The position numbers and the translations under genes were made by a program. Under the pieces are notes generated by a model. It saw only the letters and a program-made list of their open reading frames with translations, ran no database searches and was not told where the DNA came from. Shown here piece after piece: positions 35,592-38,331 of a stretch of DNA of 38,331 bases. Within the stretch, counting starts at the first letter, position 1; every line of letters begins with the position of its first letter. This DNA is from a virus: IMG/VR virus record IMGVR_UViG_3300028829_002503; one strand, given 5' to 3'.

Positions 35592-35896
35592 TGCCACAAG
35601 CCGCGAGAACAACTGACCCTATTACAGCACATTCCCCTTGTGGGCCTGGCACCTGTGGTATGGGAAGTGAGAACGTGATTATCGAAAACAAACTTGCATA
35701 TCGTGTAAGTGATAAAACGTTCCCACATGGAATACCACAAGGTAGTCCACCGTCATGTGTTCCGCATGTTACACCATTAGTAAAAGGTTCTCATAATGTT
35801 TTGATAAACAATAGACCAGCGGGAAGAGTAGGCGATGCTCATTCTTGTGGTGTAACGATAGTATCAGGTTCAAGTAAGGTGATAATCAATGGCTAG
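35591..35896 (+). CDS. PAAR-repeat spike tip protein (T4 gp5.4-like)
   Basis: PQAARTTD, LAYRVSD and PAGRVGD repeats; GS.NV.I repeats; His/Cys metal ligands. Confidence 0.9.
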   Translation: MPQAARTTDPITAHSPCGPGTCGMGSENVIIENKLAYRVSDKTFPHGIPQGSPPSCVPHVTPLVKGSHNVLINNRPAGRVGDAHSCGVTIVSGSSKVIING

Positions 35897-37721
35897 TGAA
35901 GCGGAAATCGAAAGACTATATCAGTTATTTGTTGCAAATGGTGGCGGTGCGTTTACCTTTTCTGGTACAAATCTAACACCAAAACAATATACTGATGCGG
36001 TATCCGCATCAAATCTAACTCCGTTAGAAATGGCAGAATTGGAAGCAAGACAACATCAGTACAATAGACAATCAGCATTAAACACAATAGCAGATGAGAT
36101 AGATGCAAATAATTTTAGTAATCCTTATATACAGAGAGCATCAGTAGGTAATAACTTACTTTCAATTCTTTCAGCATCTAATGGATATACTAATGTTAAT
36201 AATCTTAATAATGCATTTTCTGGATTTAGTTCATCAGATAAAGCATTGATATTTGCTGGAGTTTTAGCAAACACCGGAGTAGACATTGAAGGACTATTAA
36301 AAGTTATAGGATTATCAGCAATAGGTGTTGGTATGTATAACTCTTTGACTAATCATACGAATAATCAAACAGCAAATATTCCACAAACAATGCAAGATGC
36401 AGATGCGTTAGCATCAATGAACGCACAGTTTGGTGAAAAGGGAGACCCATGTGATGCATTTAATGTACTGATGGGAATTTTAGCAGGCATATATGATGGA
36501 ACTTTAAATTTTATTGAAAAAGCAATTGGTGATATAACTGCTTTTTTAAATGATTCTGGAATAACATCTTTAATACAAAGTATTATAGCCGCTATTGCAG
36601 GTGCAGGCAGTGTTGTTGCAGATGTTATAACTGCAATAAGCAATCTAGGATTAACACTATTAGGTGGCGTAATTGGCTTAGTAGCAAAAGTGATTAATGC
36701 AATGGCTGATATTACAGATGCGATTGCAAATGAAATTGCGGCATTAGCCGATATGGCATTACAACTTATAAGAAAAGCATTAGCATTAGTTCTTGGTGGT
36801 GCGGCAGGTGACCCTTGTAAAAAAGCAGTTTTGATGAATACAGGTTCAGACGAAATGAAAGAAGCAGTTACAAAAATAAATCAGCCAATAGGAGTTCATC
36901 CACCGCCAACAATACCAGTAGAAGAGGATAGTAGAGCCAGTAAAGAAGAAGTTGAAACTATTATTAAAACTGTGCTTGAAGAAGCAGAAAAGACAGGTGG
37001 TGTTGTACAAAATCCTATTTCAGAGGCAGCCAAAGAATATACTGTAAATGATACAACGATTAACTCTTCATCTGCTCCAACTGAAAGTATCAGACCTAAA
37101 ATGCGACCAACGGACTTGGTATCTGCTGGTGAGGGAGAAAGTACATTTAATGGTGTTGAATCTGATGATACACCTGAAAACTTCGATGAAGATTCTATGC
37201 CAGAAAGACAAGAAGGCGAAAGTATGTCAGACTTTATGTTGCGTATTGGAGCAACAAGACAGGCGACAGAGGAAGAAAAAAATTCTGAAGAGATGAAAGA
37301 GATAGAAATAACTTCAATTCATTATCAACATTTCGTACAAGAATGGACACCAATACAATTGGAATATGTAACAAAATCCAATGCCTTAATATCTGATATG
37401 AAAAACGCATTGAAGGCAGAAAACTTCGGAGAAGGTAATCTGCATTTTGCAAAGAAGGCATTTAAGAAGAGAATAAAAGAATTAATAGAGGCTCAAATCA
37501 AAAACCAAAACACAGTCAAAGATTTAAGAGAGAAATGGGCTCCTGGTTTTATTTACTGGGCACCGAGTCAAAAACGTAATAAGGTTACAGAATCAAGAAT
37601 CAGGCATGGATATCTTACAGAAGCCAAACCAGCAATGACTCGCACATACAATAATGCATTCGATTCACTTGTAGATATTCAAAAGGAATGGAATAGTATT
37701 AAAGGCCAATTGTTACAATAG
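35889..37721 (+). CDS. Large hypothetical protein with hydrophobic helical region
   Basis: Overlaps the PAAR stop; A/I/L/G-rich middle, acidic linker, helical C-terminal domain. Confidence 0.75.
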   Translation: MASEAEIERLYQLFVANGGGAFTFSGTNLTPKQYTDAVSASNLTPLEMAELEARQHQYNRQSALNTIADEIDANNFSNPYIQRASVGNNLLSILSASNGYTNVNNLNNAFSGFSSSDKALIFAGVLANTGVDIEGLLKVIGLSAIGVGMYNSLTNHTNNQTANIPQTMQDADALASMNAQFGEKGDPCDAFNVLMGILAGIYDGTLNFIEKAIGDITAFLNDSGITSLIQSIIAAIAGAGSVVADVITAISNLGLTLLGGVIGLVAKVINAMADITDAIANEIAALADMALQLIRKALALVLGGAAGDPCKKAVLMNTGSDEMKEAVTKINQPIGVHPPPTIPVEEDSRASKEEVETIIKTVLEEAEKTGGVVQNPISEAAKEYTVNDTTINSSSAPTESIRPKMRPTDLVSAGEGESTFNGVESDDTPENFDEDSMPERQEGESMSDFMLRIGATRQATEEEKNSEEMKEIEITSIHYQHFVQEWTPIQLEYVTKSNALISDMKNALKAENFGEGNLHFAKKAFKKRIKELIEAQIKNQNTVKDLREKWAPGFIYWAPSQKRNKVTESRIRHGYLTEAKPAMTRTYNNAFDSLVDIQKEWNSIKGQLLQ

Positions 37722-37723
37722 TA

Positions 37724-37787
37724 TTGACAACCAGTTGTATTAATGTTATACTATACAGTAAGATAATCACAAACTTTAAGATAAATA
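37724..37787 (+). promoter_or_regulatory. Tandem sigma70-type and late-type promoters
   Basis: TTGACA-N17-TATACT (37724-37752) and GATAAATA (37780-37787). Confidence 0.7.
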
Positions 37788-37816
37788 CTACAAAGTGATA
37801 ATTTTGGGAATATATT

Positions 37817-38331
37817 ATGCGAGTAAATGAAATAATTAGTAGTGTAGAAGAGGGAGTAGATGACCCTCACATCTTTAAAGCAGTGTTTATGGCTGGTGGT
37901 CCAGGAAGTGGTAAAAGTCGTATTGCGAATTCACCTTTATTAAAAGGTGGTGGTTTAAGAGTAATCAACTCAGATGATGTCTACGAATACAAGATGAAAA
38001 AAGCAGGATTAGATTATGGTGACCCAGATGTTATCTATTCTGACCAAGGTCAAGATATTCGTAACAGAGCAAAAGAAGTTACTGCTAAAAGAGAACAAAT
38101 GTACTTAGACGGTAGATTAGGTGTTATCATTGACGGAACAGGAAGAAATATAGATAAGATAGCCGGTGCAAAAGAAAAACTAACACAAATGGGTTACTCA
38201 TGTATGATGGTTTTCGTTAACACAAGTTTAGATGTCGCACAAGAAAGAAACTTGCAAAGAGAAAGAACTCTAAAACCAGAAGAAGTTTCAAGGATGTGGA
38301 ATGATGTTCAAAACAATATGATGAAATTTCA
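37817..38331 (+). CDS. 3'-truncated P-loop kinase (PNK/zeta/AAA_33-like; not in ORF track)
   Basis: MRVNEIISSVEEGVDDPHIFKAVFMAGGPGSGKS...INSDD...VIIDGTG...AQERNLQRER; open to the window end. Confidence 0.85.
   Translation, partial: MRVNEIISSVEEGVDDPHIFKAVFMAGGPGSGKSRIANSPLLKGGGLRVINSDDVYEYKMKKAGLDYGDPDVIYSDQGQDIRNRAKEVTAKREQMYLDGRLGVIIDGTGRNIDKIAGAKEKLTQMGYSCMMVFVNTSLDVAQERNLQRERTLKPEEVSRMWNDVQNNMMKF

Noticed and set aside
1909-37461. Numerous short - strand and alternative-frame ORFs inside long genes (e.g. 3380-3601, 7006-7347, 18386-18877, 23794-24087, 34005-34487, 37048-37296)
   Set aside because: They lie wholly or mostly within well-supported genes and show no SD, promoter or recognisable motif.
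1-38331. Stop-codon reassignment
   Set aside because: Conserved genes are intact in the standard code, and TAA, TAG and TGA all terminate recognisable genes at the expected ends.
1-38331. CRISPR array, integrase, IS element, homing endonuclease or self-splicing intron/intein in terL, nrdAB, uvsX or the helicases
   Set aside because: No regularly spaced repeats were seen by eye, and these genes have no insertions relative to expected lengths.

Overview
AT-rich fragment of a large T4-like (myovirus/jumbo-type) bacteriophage genome, almost entirely on the + strand and using the standard genetic code. It encodes the terminase large subunit; a T4-like replication/recombination set (gp32 SSB, UvsX, UvsY, UvsW, gp62-like subunit, primase, gp41-like helicase, PD-(D/E)XK exonuclease); class Ia NrdAB; auxiliary metabolic genes (PRPP synthetase, a purine-type phosphoribosyltransferase, a cytidylyltransferase-cupin fusion); ClpP; a block of probable head/internal virion proteins; and tail-associated genes (Mtd-N-like, BppU-like, PAAR). 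Two promoter classes are visible: sigma70-type TTGACA/TATAAT and a recurrent GATAAATA(C) T4-late-like element. The most unusual observations are: (1) a 197-aa miniature DnaE retaining all three catalytic Asp motifs; (2) late-expressed proteins with shared N-terminal leaders and xxE-bounded cassettes, including an RNA-ligase-like enzyme and a PNK-like kinase, which suggests a virion-packaged enzyme payload; (3) a tRNA-Arg with the rare GCG anticodon; (4) an in-frame deletion of about 38 codons in the NrdA core; (5) a stand-alone degenerate Hint-fold candidate after uvsW; (6) several apparently leaderless genes. All family assignments come from motif recognition by eye and recalled reference sequences, not from database searches.
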